From Lama glama (lineage: Eukaryota), in NCBI GenBank assembly GCA_028534125.1, contig CM052816.1, positions 54,686,001 to 54,750,000 of the forward strand: 64,000 bases of DNA. The letters are read 5' to 3'. The position numbers and the translations under genes were made by a program. This document shows, piece by piece, positions 39,132-52,301 of the stretch. The first letter of the stretch is position 1. Each line of letters begins with the position of its first letter. Below the pieces are notes generated by a model, which was not told the DNA's origin, did not search any database, and worked only from the letters and a program-made list of their open reading frames with translations.

Positions 39132-40370
39132 GATGTGCACTCTTGTTACCTTCTCGTCCTCTCCTCCCAGGTTTCCTTGAACCCTGATGGGAATACCAGG
39201 TTTCTGTCCCCACTGCTCCATCTAAACAGATTTCTGTCTGGTCCCCAGTGACCTTCCATTGCCAAACCCAAGGGTTGACCCTAGTTCTTAGCTTCCCCTC
39301 ATCTCAGCAACAGTTGGTTTCCAAGATACTGCTCCCTCTTGGTTCTCCTCATCTCTCCCTGGTCCTCCTGCATACACTAAGGACCACGCCTCTTCTCTAT
39401 CTGCCCTCACTGCCCTGGTGACCTCACCCAGTCCCGTGGCTTTAATTACCATCCTCAATTTAATAATTACAGCCCCCAGCTCTGGCCTCTCCCCTGAACT
39501 CAGGGCTTATATATCCTGATAGCATCTCAAACTAATATATCCAAAATTAAACTTTTGAATTCTGACCTCAGGAAGTCTTCTCCATCTTAATAAAGTTTTT
39601 CTAGTTACTTTGGCCAGAAAACTTGGAATTTCAAATCATTCATATCATCCTTGACTATTCATTTTCTCTTGCATCCGATCCATCAACAAATCCATCTGGA
39701 TTTCAAAATCTCCAGAGTAAGATCGCACCTCACAGTTGCCACTGGCTACCACCCAGCCCAAATCCACCTGGGCTATTGCAATAGCCTCCTACCAGTTTCC
39801 CTTTGTCTAATCTGTCTCCTGCATTCTATCCACAGTGATCCTTAGAAAGGACAGCAGACCCTGAACCATCTCTGCTCGAACTCTCCAAGGCTCCCATCTC
39901 AGGCAGAGGAAAAGCCCGAGGCCTCCTGCGGGATCTAGTTCCCGGCCCCTGTGGGCTCCCCGCCTCCACTCTTCCCTCTCTTGGTGGGCTCCAGCTGCAC
40001 TGGGCTTCCTGCTGCTTCTAGAATACACTGAGCACTCTCTCACATCAGTTTCTTCTCCCCCCCACCCCCCAGAAGTGAGCCAGTTGCTCACTGCCTCACC
40101 CCTTTCAGATCTTGGCTCCACTGTCACCCTGTCAGCGTGGTCTTCCCTGACTGTCCCCCACAACGGCCCGGCTCAATATCACTTCCCCTTACTCTGCTTT
40201 CTTTTCCTTTACAGTCTTGTACATCTATTTGGCTTTTTGGCTGTATCTGTGGCCTCCCACTTGAACTTAAGCTCCCTTAAGTCAGGGATTTTGTTCCCTG
40301 CTGCGTCCTCAGTACCTGGGATGCTGCCTGGCACATGGAGCCGCTCCAAGAAGGTTTATGGAATGACTTC
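39132..40370 (+). mobile_element. L2 LINE fragment (continuation of the L2 at about 36080-36329)
   Basis: gtgacctcacccagtcccgtggctttaattaccatc, catctcaaactaa, gctattgcaatagcctcct; terminal gcctggcacatgg. Confidence 0.75.
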
Positions 40371-41130
40371 TAAGGTGGAAGGAAACTATGCTTATGCAGA
40401 AATGTTAGGAGCATGATGATTTTTCCTATTCCTTTCCACAACAAAGTCACTGGGAGTTAAAAGAAAGGCGTAGGCATAAGTGTTTCCTGGAAATTGCCTG
40501 AAAACCCAGAAAACAGCTGCCTGGTTAATTTTATAAAAAGATGCTGTCTGAAAGCATCTGTGTGAATGTGCTTGTGCAACTGGAGGAGTCTGGCCAGCCC
40601 TCACAAGGTCACTGAGATGACCCAGTGGGTCTCTGCAGCAAAGGATCTCCTCCCCTTCCTCCACCACTCCCAATCCCTCACCCTCTTCATCTCACTGCCT
40701 AAGGGGCCTGGCCCTCCTGGCTCAACTTCTCTCTCGTTTTCCCCACCAGGTCTCTCAGTGTGCACCCTTGACTCTTTCTACAGACCCTTCTTAACCCATT
40801 TATAAGCTTGCGTGGCCCCATCTGGGCCTATATGACCCCTCACCAACAATCACCCCCACCAAGCACCCTCCCCTACAACCCCTGCTCCCAACCAAGGCTG
40901 GGGAGCATTTGAAAGCTGGGACCGAGTCTTACATTTGTATCCCTAACCCCTAACACAGTTCCTGGCACATCACAGGTGCTTGAGAAATGTTTGCTGAATG
41001 ACTGAATGAACTCTCCACTGGGGATAGGCTGGCTGTTTTTCACAATTTCCCTGAGACAGACTGAACTTATTCTTAGCAAAGCTCTGCTCACGCCCTACCC
41101 TCAAGCAGCATTCCCTACCCACTCATTTCT

Positions 41131-41154
41131 ATACACACACACACACACACACAC
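41131..41154. repeat. (AC)n microsatellite
   Basis: Short dinucleotide run. Confidence 0.9.
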
Positions 41155-42861
41155 AGGGCTAGCCTTCCATGGCTAACTCAGTGAGCAAAATATGTCAGCT
41201 CAAAAAGCATTCATTGTCTATTAACAACATTCTAGTGCTCAGCAGCTGATAAAGTGAGCTGGTGGTTGATTTCTTGGCACATTTCATCAAATACCATTTT
41301 ATTCTATTCATTAGGCCCTTCTTCATAATTTCAAGCAGTGCACATCCTGCTGCCAGCGTTTGCACTGCACAGAGGATCACTTTCTGAGAGAGGCCATAAG
41401 GCACTGCATGTGCTTGTGATGTGGTGTATAAGGGCTGGCAGACTTCCCGGTCCACCCTCAGCTTTTCCTACTTACTAGCTGCCTGGCCTTGGCCAAATTC
41501 CTTCCATTCTGAGCATCTGTTCCCTCATCTATAATGCAGGGATAATAATAATTTCATTCAGAAGGCTGATGGAAAGATTCAATGAAAGCACACAGATCAT
41601 GCTCAGTCAACAACAGCCATTGTTATCGCACAGTTTACACCCTCGCTATGAGTTACTACTTTATGTGGTATTGTGTTGCATTTTCTAATTTGTCATATAT
41701 GTAAATCACCTCTTAAATGACCGTTCAAGTTCCTGGAAGGCATGGATCATGAACAAATAGGAGGCCCACCGTGACCATAGAGGAATCCAGCTGTCCCAAT
41801 TGCATGTGTTGATTCATGGTTCCCCAGGCTGCATCTTTTTTTACCACTTGGCAGGTCTTTTTCTCAGACCAGGGGCAGGGAAGAGGGGCAAGCATTTCTC
41901 ATATGGTTACATAAAGATGATGTATATGTGAGTCACCGTGGCTGATGGGAGCGTGTTGTGGGGCGGGAGGAGTGTACAGGAGCCCTTTGGCCCAGAGCTG
42001 CCTTTCTTTTCCTCGTCAGCTGAAACGATTGATTGGAAGCAAGGTTACATCGTGCACAAGGCTACATACAGCCCCAGCCCTGGCTTTCCACGGTGGCTCT
42101 GTCTCTGTCTAACTGCGTATACTTCGGGTGAGTTATTTCACCTCCATTTCCTTCTTTGCAGAGTGAACGTGGAGATAACAGTCCTACTTTGTAGGACTAC
42201 GGTAAGAATTAAATATTAAGCACCAGGCCCTCCGTTAAGGGTTCAATATGTGGGGTCTTTTTATTTTCATGACAACTTCTCTATTCATTTGCTCCAGTTC
42301 TGGGGCAGGTCTTAGAGTCGGACCACCAGTGGATGTGTTTTAATACTTCTGGGCCACAGAGGGACCTATCTGAATGCCACACGGGGCTTTCTAACTACAG
42401 AGGCTTGCTCCTGCCTTGTGCCAGGAGCCTCCTCTGCCCTGCTGGAGTGCCCAGGCCGCCCTTCCTCCTATGTAACCTTACTGCCAGTTAATCATTCCAG
42501 CTGTTGGCGGGTAGCTGGGGCACCAGGAAACGCCAAACTTCCTATTGCTATTATTTTATTTGTATTTCTCAGACTAACCTGGCATGGGAATCAGAATCTT
42601 AGAGTACAAGAGTTTGTGGGGCAGGACCTCTGAACAGTGATAATGGCACAGGCGTTGAAGGCAGACTGAAGCTAGGCTGGGAACCTGGCACTGACCCTCA
42701 CTAGCAGGGTGACCTGGGGCAATGGCCCAAGCTCTCTGGCTCTCGCTGCTCAGAGTCAATGCTTGTTAGACACACGGAATCTCAGACCTACTAAATCAGG
42801 ATTTGAATTTTAGCAAGATCCATAGGCAGGTAATAGAAATTTTTTAAAAATTAAAACAAAT

Positions 42862-43167
42862 ATTTTAATTGAAGTATAGTTGATTTACAATGTTGTGTTA
42901 GTTTCTGGTGTACAGCAAAGTGATTCAACTATATATATTCTTTTCATACTCTTTTTCATTATAAGTTTTTTTTTTTACATTTTTATTGATTCATAATCAT
43001 TTTATAGTGTTGTGTCAAATTCCAGTGTTCAGTACAATTTTTCAGTCATACATGGACATATACACACTCATTTTTTCCTTGCATGTTATACACCAGATAT
43101 TTACCAGATCCCTATTCCGGCAGAGTATTTTTGAATTCAGTTATCAGATTTCTTACATTATCCTTCT
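42862..43167 (-). mobile_element. Two adjacent or nested L1 3' terminal fragments of different subfamilies
   Basis: attgaagtatagttgatttacaatg..., then poly-T and attgattcataatcattttatagtgttgtgtcaaattcc. Imperfect flanking repeat aaattaaaa(a)caaat at about 42848 and 43168. Confidence 0.7.
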
Positions 43168-43494
43168 AAATTAAAAACAAATCATTTCCTTGCTTTTTGT
43201 TGTTTGTTTCTCCATTCACTATGGGGCCCAGAGGGAGGACGAAATATGCAGGAAGTGGAGGGAGAGGAGGCAGGGAGGGAACCTTCAGGGCAAGAGAAGG
43301 AGGAAGCAGATGGGAAAGAGGTAGAAGACAGGCGGGAATGAAGATGAACCTGGAAGAGGAAGCTGAGGAGAATACAGGGAAAAGGCAATGAATGCAAAGA
43401 TATAAAAAGGTATAAGATTATTTTTATACAGTTATATAACCATGCACATTATGCATAAAAAAGCCTGGAAGGAAATATGCCAGTGTGATAACCG

Positions 43495-43925
43495 TGGTAG
43501 AGGCAGATCACCCCCCTCTTACCTGCTGTGTGCCGGACAGTGCTCTAGGGTGGGCAGGATGCTGTTCTCTGCCTCATCGATGTCGGCACGGCCAGGTGAC
43601 TGGCCAATGGGATGTGGGTAGCGGTTCCACTATGCTAGATTCAAGTGAAGACCTCAAGAGGCATCGTGTTTTCTGCTAACCTTCTTGCATTCTTGTGATC
43701 TTCCATGCGGGAAAAAATATCTCCTGGTAGGTGCTGTTCTGAGAAGACACATGCAGGTGAGCAGACTTAAGCCAACTCGGCCTGAACCCAAGCCCAGCCC
43801 AGCCCAGCCCAGCCCAGCTGAGTACTCAGAGCCTCAGCAGATCCAAGAAAGAGAAAATTAATGCTTGTTGTTGTCAGCTGTTGAGATTGTGAAATTAGCT
43901 GTTATGCAGCAAAAACGGATTCATT
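43495..43925 (+). mobile_element. Old MaLR LTR with an internal (AGCCC)n run at about 43790-43816
   Basis: ggccaggtgactggccaatggg, aattaatgcttgttgttg...gttatgcagcaaaa. Confidence 0.6.
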
Positions 43926-44876
43926 GTGGTCATCTCTGAATGATGAAATAGTTTATTATTGTTTTCTGCCTTATCATTTTCCATATTTTCCAAGTATATT
44001 TGAATGCGCTTGCTTTACTATTTGAGGAAAAGAATAAATAAAGCATGAGGAAACATGCGCTTCTTACTAGGTCCTTCACTGTTTTGATACAAAATCAAAC
44101 GTATCTGAACTGTATATCCAAAGAACATAATTTATGACAGTTAAGGCAACTTTAAAAGCACCAGGATGCTAATTCACACTCATTTCCTCTCATATCTCTC
44201 TCTGCACAGTTAACAATGAAGTTCACATTTCTGTTACTTTAGCATATATTGTGTTTTGAAAGAGCAGCTATTTCCAAGATTGTGTTTTAGGATCTGATTA
44301 CATCATATACAAAGGCAAGCTCGGGGCCCTGGGAGATCTTATCCAACCTGAGAGAATGAACACAAAGCTAGTTCCTGTCAAGGGTTGATTCTCTAGAACC
44401 CCTGCCTTTTCAATAATCCTTTGGCTAGATTTTTTTTTCTTTATAGATTATTTCTCGTTCATTATGGGACATAGGGAGGTGAGAATAAAGTAAAAGGGGC
44501 GGGAAAGGAACCATGAAAGAATTCACGGAGGAGGCAGATGGGAAAGAGGAAGAAGACTGATGGGGATGAAGACAATGAATTGGAAAGAGGAAACTGATGA
44601 GAAGGAGAGAAGTGAGGAAGTGAGACAGTGGGAAACCGGGAGATGCCAGGGCTGCAGGCGGAGGACTAGCCAAAGGGGCTTCAGATACCTGCTGTCACTT
44701 GGTTCCTCACTGTCCACACCTACACTGTCTACACCCACACTTACTGTCTGCATTTGCACTAAACCGGTGCCACAAAGCCAAAGGTGCCCTGAATTCCAGC
44801 CCTCCATATCCTGGCCCACCCCCACTCCTCTTTCCTCCACTAACCCACCTCTCCCACCTGGGTCTCTCTGACCCCC

Positions 44877-45376
44877 NNNNNNNNNNNNNNNNNNNNNNNN
44901 NNNNNNNNNNNNNNNNNNNNNNNNNNNNNNNNNNNNNNNNNNNNNNNNNNNNNNNNNNNNNNNNNNNNNNNNNNNNNNNNNNNNNNNNNNNNNNNNNNNN
45001 NNNNNNNNNNNNNNNNNNNNNNNNNNNNNNNNNNNNNNNNNNNNNNNNNNNNNNNNNNNNNNNNNNNNNNNNNNNNNNNNNNNNNNNNNNNNNNNNNNNN
45101 NNNNNNNNNNNNNNNNNNNNNNNNNNNNNNNNNNNNNNNNNNNNNNNNNNNNNNNNNNNNNNNNNNNNNNNNNNNNNNNNNNNNNNNNNNNNNNNNNNNN
45201 NNNNNNNNNNNNNNNNNNNNNNNNNNNNNNNNNNNNNNNNNNNNNNNNNNNNNNNNNNNNNNNNNNNNNNNNNNNNNNNNNNNNNNNNNNNNNNNNNNNN
45301 NNNNNNNNNNNNNNNNNNNNNNNNNNNNNNNNNNNNNNNNNNNNNNNNNNNNNNNNNNNNNNNNNNNNNNNNNNNN
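44877..45376. other. Assembly gap (exactly 500 N)
   Basis: Run of N with a round length, indicating a placeholder of unknown true size. Confidence 0.99.
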
Positions 45377-46185
45377 TTCTGGCATCCTTTCCCCCCAGAT
45401 GTGTGTCTGCTGTTTATCTGAGTGCCCCATTTCACAACCGCCACAAGACACAACAGGAAGCAGATGTCTGGAGCTGTTCCGTCCACTCCAGTTTCAGGCG
45501 TTCTCACAGCATCACTCTTTGACACAAAGCGGCTCCACGTCAATTCCGTGGGCTTCAGGAGGAACTTTTTCCCATGAGAGTTACTGCTCTGGCCGGAGCG
45601 GACTTTGTCTTCTGCCTTATTTGCTCTCTGCATGGAATTGCCATCGGAATGACTAACAGTCACATCATCACTACATTATGAATCAATTAACTGAAAACAA
45701 ATTCATTTCCTGAGACAGCCAGTTTATTTAGCCCACATCCCCCCACCTTTCTCTTTTTAAAAAGATTATCTCAGCACGAAGGAAATCCAAACTTCCGACA
45801 GTACCTTCTGCTGTGTTAGTCAGGAGACTGCACACCCTGATTGGAGGGATTAGTGGTTATTCCTGTTGCCGGTGTTAACTCAGCCTGTCCTAGTCCAATC
45901 CTGGATTTATTTTCAAAAGACAAATGGTTTTCAGGATTAATTTCTTTGCCTTTCACTTCTCTGTGTGATAGATGACTAACATTGCGTTCATCAGCTCACC
46001 GATCGCCTGGCTTGGTTTTTTTCCCCTTGCTTTTTTCTTTTTCTTTCTTATCTTTTTTCTTCCTTTCTTTTCTTTTTCTTTTGTTCTTTTTCTTTCTTTC
46101 TCCTCTCTCCTTTCCTTCCATTTTCTTTCAAAGATACAAGTTTTTGTTTTAGAGATACGAATACTTTCATACTTCCCTCCAATTC

Positions 46186-46645
46186 TGTATGAGTTTCTCT
46201 TGGCTGCTGTAACAAATGACCAGAAACCTGGAGGCTTAAAACAATGCCATCCATTCTCTCACAGTTCTGGAGGGCAGAAGTCTGAAATCAGCACGACTTG
46301 CTGGAAATCAAGGCATCGGGTGGGGCTGCATCCCCTGGGAGGTTCTAGGAGAGAATCTGTTCCTTCCTGCTTCTGGTAGCTCTAGGGATTTTTCGCTCTG
46401 TGCCCTTATGACTCCAATCTCTGCCTCTGCGGTCACATGCCCCGGCCCGTTCTCTATGCGTTTAATCTCTCTTTGCCTCTCTTGTGTAAAGACACTTGTG
46501 ATGGCATTTAGGGCCCACCTGGATAATCCAGGATGATTTTCCAGGAAAATCACACCTGCAGTGACTCCTTTTCCTTATAAGGTAACATTTACAGGTTTCA
46601 GGGGCTGGGATCTGATATCTTGGGGGCCATTATTCCACCCACCAC
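46186..46645 (-). mobile_element. MaLR solo LTR (MLT1C-like)
   Basis: ggctgctgtaacaaatgacc...cacagttctggagggcagaagtctgaaatc...gcatttagggcccacctggataatccagg; reverse-complement similarity to 15008-15462. Confidence 0.8.
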
Positions 46646-48059
46646 ACTTTCCATTCCCTGCTTCCCACAACGCACGGAATATTCTGTATCTACGTGAAAA
46701 GGTTGATGGAGGAAGATAAGAGAAGAAAGAACAAATCTAAAGGAGGGAGAAGATAGATCAGGCTTTTCTCGCTTGTTAAGTCCTTCCGGCAGCGCGGTGG
46801 CCCTCCTGGCGCGGGTTCCTGCTTCTGAGGGAAATGTTGGATGGTGGGAGGTACTCCGCTCTGCCAGCTGGGGCGGGCACACAGCTAGCCCCTTCCTTCT
46901 CCCTTGGCAGCCACAGCACTGACATATGACACAGTCTCATCCAATCTGATGTTCTCACTTATGGGGTTTGACTTTTGAGGGTGTGAAGATTCTAACCAGA
47001 GATTATTTCCAGGGCAGCAGTCAGGGAGTCAAGGGTCAGGAGCAGCACCTGCCAGCATCCAGGGGCAGCAGCCTCCATCCGGGCCTCCTGCTGTGGCAGG
47101 ATTTGGCTGAGTTCTCTGCTTTTCTACTTCCCAGGGTTCCTGTCCACTTCACCCCCGGTTTTCCAGCATTCCTATCCATTCTGGGAGCTAGGACTGAATA
47201 GACTGAATACCTCGCATTCCTTTTCTGTTGAAGTTAGTGTGAGTTGGTCTCTATGCAACCACACACCCTGACTTAGAAACTCCCAGCTCTAAAGCTCTTT
47301 TACAAAGCTTGGCAGCCCCTTCCCTAGAGGACAGCACGGGCAAGGCAGGGGAGTCTGCGATGTCCATGGCAGGACTGCTGGGAAACAATCAAATGTCTGT
47401 GTGATTTAAAAAAAAAAGCAAAAAACCTTCATTTTATGAATCGCTGTGCAGAATTCAGAAAGAAGGAATGTGTGCAGTCCTCAGCTATCAGACTATACAT
47501 CCTTTAAAAAAAAATTGTAATGCTCTTTTTACTTATCCTGCAATGGAATTCATGGTAACTTATCTATTTATATAATTTTAAACGGTCAATAAAATTTTAC
47601 AGAAGAAAATTTGTATATAAATCATTATTTGTGTGTAAAATAATAATGTAAATTATTAAAGGAAATAATTAGTATATAGAAATGTGCTCTTCAACACGTA
47701 AACACAAGCATATGACTCCTTCAGAGGATCCCGCAAATTTCTAACCTGGCAAATTTACAACATTGAGAACTATGCCCTTCTGAATGAGGAGGGCAGATCA
47801 CAGAACCAGGCATAGAGCAGATTCAATGCCTTCCGAGAAACAAAAGCTACAGGCGCCCATCTACGTACACGTCAACTTACGTACAGAAAGGGAACCGAGA
47901 AGCTTAACATGCCGGGGAAATTACCTCTGCCGAAGGAGGGGCTGGGGAGCGGCGAGGAGGAAACGGGGGCCTTCACACTGTGTCCCCTTTTTGTATTCTT
48001 TGTATCTTTCATCAAATTAATGTGTTACTTTTGTCATTTAAAAAACATAAGAAGGAAAG

Positions 48060-48151
48060 TGGGGAGTGAGTGAGTATAGCTCAGTGGTAGAGCACATCTT
48101 AGCATAAATGGGTCCTGAGTTCAACCCCTGTATCCCCATTAAAAATTTTGA
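48060..48151 (+). mobile_element. Camelid-type tRNA-derived SINE (short form)
   Basis: tagctcagtggtagagc...gagttcaacccc...ccattaaaaa; candidate TSD aagaaggaaag at 48049-48059 and 48152-48162. Confidence 0.85.
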
Positions 48152-48240
48152 AAGAAGGAAAGAAGGAAGTAAGGAAGGAAAGAAGGAAGGAAGGACGGAA
48201 GGAGGGAAGGAAGGAAAGAAAAGAAAAGAAAAGAAAAGAA

Positions 48241-48292
<52 letters not shown>

Positions 48293-48334
48293 AAGAAAGA
48301 AAGAGAGAAAGAGAGAAAGAGAGAGAAAAAGAAA
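48150..48334. repeat. Compound purine microsatellite (AAGG)n(AAAAG)n(AAAG)n(AG)n
   Basis: About 185 nt of almost pure A/G sequence. Confidence 0.97.
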
Positions 48335-49122
48335 TCGGTGTGGCACCGGGTGTCACAAGCAGTGTGGGAAAAGCCAGATCAGGAGTGAAGGGAAGGGCTG
48401 GGCTAGTTTGTGATGAAGACTCTGCAGTTCCAGGGAGGAGAAGAGCATTGGCTGTTTTCTGTCCTGGTCATTAGAATGAGCGTGGCAATTAGTGGCCATG
48501 TGATCTTGTGCAAGGTCACCTGCCAGGTGTACTATCCTGAGGTCATGGTACTCCCTTATTTATAGCCTCACAGTGTTGTTTGTGTTGCCATTACTGCACA
48601 CCTGGGTGGAAACACCTTACCTGTGGAGCTGTCAGCGGATGCCAAACAGCCAAGTTTCCTGGTGGTCCTGCCCCCATCACCTCTCTCCTTGTAATTCACT
48701 TGCACTGTGGCAATTTTTGAGCCAAATACCTGGAGGGCCTTTATTCTTTGGTTTCTTCAACTGACATTCATTGACTGGAAAGTGAAATAGAACATTTTGT
48801 TTGCCAAAATCCAATAGCTTTGGAAATAGCATTACATTTAAATTCCTGCTCTACAACTTAATGAATATTCTCTGAGCTTTCCTTTCCTTATCTGTAAAAA
48901 GATAAGATACATACTTCATAAGGGTTATTAGGAGTAACAAATAAAATAAGATAGTGTATGTCAAGCACAGGTTAAAAACTGAACAGGAATTTCAGCTGCT
49001 GGCCACCATAAGGAAGGCAGGATTTGGAGCTTGAGTTCAGTCAAGCTACCTGTCCACTAAACCAAACATTAGGAATCTTCAGAAGAACCTAACAGAGGTC
49101 CAGAATTTCTACGGTTCATGAT

Positions 49123-49530
49123 TGTATTGGTCTGGGTTCTCCAAAGAAGCAGAACCAGTAGGATATCTAATAAGGAAGTGGCTGACACCGCTCTCACACA
49201 GAGAGCTGATGGTGTCATGCAGTCTGAGTTTGAAGGGCTGAGAACCAGGAGCTGAAGGTGTAAGCTCTAGTCTGAGTCTGAGTCCAAAGGAGAAGACTGG
49301 TGCCCAGCTGGAAGATCATCAGAGCAAATTCCCCCTTACTCTGCCTCTTTGTTGTATTCAGGTCTTCAGTGAACTGAATAAGGGCCACTTGCGTTGGGGA
49401 GGGCACCCCTCTGTACTCAGTCCACCAATTCAAATGTTAATCTCTTCCACAAACATCCTCAATACTCTTTAACCAAATATCTGGCCCTCTGTGGCCCAGT
49501 CAAGTCGATACATAAAATTAACCATCGCCA
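49123..49530 (-). mobile_element. ERVL MLT2-type solo LTR
   Basis: gggttctccaaagaagcagaaccagtagg at one end and cccagtcaagtcgatacataaaattaaccatc at the other. Confidence 0.8.
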
Positions 49531-51662
49531 CAATATCCAGGATAAAGTCCAGACTCTCACAGCAGATGGGGGAGTTGGGGCAAGTTTGTTATGAGGAGGA
49601 TTCTTGGGCTCCACCCGAGACCTCCTGAATCAGAGTCATTGCTCAAAGGAACCTGTGTTTTAAACAAGCCCCTCAAAGCCTCCTGATTTACGTTATAGTC
49701 AAAGTACTTCAGACTTTGATGAGATCTGGCAGTGTGGGCCTCACACCCAGCCTGAAGGATGCTAGGAATACAGTGACAGTCACAAATGTTACCATTTCCA
49801 AGTGGGGAGCGGGGAGTTTACGTGGGATGTGAGTGCCGATCCACCGGAGGGCAGAAACCAACCTGGGTGAGTCATGCTCTGGGTACACCCCCTCACTCTC
49901 CTGCACTGTAGCATCATTTCACAGACTTACTGTTCAGAGTCTAGATGACAAAGGACGGTGCTGGACTGTCAGTGTTCTTGGGTGAGTCATACTTCACTTC
50001 ACTGCTTACTAATTCCTCTTCCTCCTCAAACTTGCTTCCTTCACTCTCCTGAGGGCTGAGGTGTTTTTTTTTTTTCTTAAATCATACTCATATTCTATGA
50101 ATGGGAACCTTTTAGTCTATTTTACTACCAAGATTTCCCCCTCCCCACCCCTTGTGTGTGTGTGTGTTTCTGAACTTTGGAAAGCTTTTATAAAGTTCTA
50201 TGTGATGTAATAATCTTTTTTCCCCTCACAGTGAGTCCTGCCTTTAAATATATATACTTAATTTTTTAAATGGATGTAAAATTGTTCAAGTGTGATTTAC
50301 CTACAGAAAAATGCACAGAAATATGCAACATCATGAATTTTTACAAAGTGAATATGCATGTATAACCAGAGCCCATATCAAGGAGAGAAGCTTGCAAGAC
50401 CCCCCATGCTCTCCTCCAGCCATTAGTCCGCCCACAAAGGTAACGTCTGTTCTAACTTCAAGGAGAATAGATGTGTTTTTTCTGTTTTTTAACTCCTGAA
50501 CTTTGTAGAAGAGGAATCATATCCCTGGCTTCTTCTGCTCCTCATTTTGTTGGGACACTCACCCCCGTGGTTGCCTGAAGTTATCATTTCTTCCTTCTTA
50601 CTGCTGTACACCGTTCCCTTTTGTGGATCTATTGCCAGGATAGATTTTTATCCATCCTATTTTTGCAGGCATTTGAGTTTCCAGTTTCTGGCTGTTGCAA
50701 ATAGCGGGAAGCATAGTTTTTAGATCGAGCCCTGGTTTTAAGAGCGAGTGTAGATATTCAATTTGAAAAAGCAAAGTCTGTTTGTTTTGGCAAATAATAG
50801 AAACAGATGAACATTCCACAGATTCCTCTGCTCACCCTGAAAACAGCTACCAAGGTGGGAAGTTGCAAAGGGAAGGGGGGAAAAGAAAGGGGATGCAAAG
50901 CAGAGAATGACTTACAGTGCCTCCTGCCACCCCTATTTGCTTCTCCAAGGCAACTCCTTGCCTGTACTGCTAATCTAGCCTAAATTAGTAGCTTTTCAAA
51001 GCAGCTGCTGGGCATCCAAGTTGACCCATCTGTGATGGATTTGTTACCTGGCCAACAGACCAAGAGAGGAGTGGGCTGTCAGCCAGTCCAGTTAAAGCCC
51101 TGCAAAGTGCTATCTGGTGTTTTGACCTTTCCTCCATGGGTCAGAAAAGATCTGTTTCCATAGAATCAGGGAAGGCTTGAGCCAGAAGAACCTAAGGGTG
51201 CATCTAGAGCAGCTTCTCATGTTACAGATGAGGAGACTGAGTCCCAGAGAGCTGAGCGCTCAAGGTCACATGCAGAGTCATGGGGTGAGCTGGGTGATGA
51301 TTTGGAATCACATCTTCAACTTCAGGCTTTGTACTTGTTTGGGTTTTGTTCTACTAGGGCCACATGGTGGACTTACATTACTTTTCCATAATATTTTGCA
51401 ATATGATGCTGGTTGCTTTACTTTTCTGATTTCTTGCATTTGGGGTAGTTTCTCTTGTTAAAATGTTACTACTCTCTTCCATGCCTTTGTCATGTTGGTT
51501 TTGTTTTGTTTTCTATTTTACCCACCAGCATACAATCAATGATAGTCATGTGGCCTGTATAGTGGGGGTGAAACCCAGGTGCTGGAATCCCTGAGGAATG
51601 AGGAGTTTTCAACAATCAACCAAACAGTAAAAGAATTAAAACTCTTTAAAGATTTGTGGTTA

Positions 51663-52301
51663 CATAGTATGGAGACTCCTTAAAAAACTCAAAATAGAGT
51701 TACCATGTGATCCAGTAATCCCATTCCTGTGCATATTTCCAGAGATAATTATAATTTGAAAAGACACATGCACCCCAGTGTTCATGGTAGCACTACTGTA
51801 GTCACGGTAGCAACTTCAGTGTCCACAACAGATGAATAGAGAAGTTGTGGTGTATATATACACAATGGACTACCACTCAGCCATAAAAGCATAAAATGAT
51901 GCCATTTGCAGCAACATGGATGGACATAGAGATTATCATACTAAGTGAAGCTAGGAAGAGAAGTATCACCTGATATCACTTATATGTGGAATCTAAAAAA
52001 AAAATGATACAAATAAACTTATTTACAAAATAGAGAGTCACAGACATAGAAAACAAACTTATAGTTACCAAAGGGGAAACAATGGGGAAGGGATAAATTA
52101 GGAGTTTGGGATTAGCAGACACAAACTACTATATATAATATAAATAACAAGGTCCTAATGTAGAGTACAGGGAATTATATTCAGTATCTTGTAATAACCT
52201 ATAATGGAAAAGAATATAAAAACTGTATGTATAACTGAATCACTACGCTGTACACGAGAAACTAACACAACAATGTAAGTCAACTAAACTTCAATTTAAA
52301 A
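51663..52301 (+). mobile_element. 5'-truncated L1 3' end
   Basis: L1 3' UTR motifs and A-tail; imperfect TSD aaagatttgtggtta (51648-51662) and aaagctgtgtggtta (52302-52316). Confidence 0.9.

Noticed and set aside
44699..45663. Long ORFs of 203-318 aa
   Set aside because: Artefacts of translating through the N gap.
48038..48474. Lys/Glu/Arg-rich and Phe/Leu/Ser-rich ORFs
   Set aside because: Translations of the purine microsatellite.
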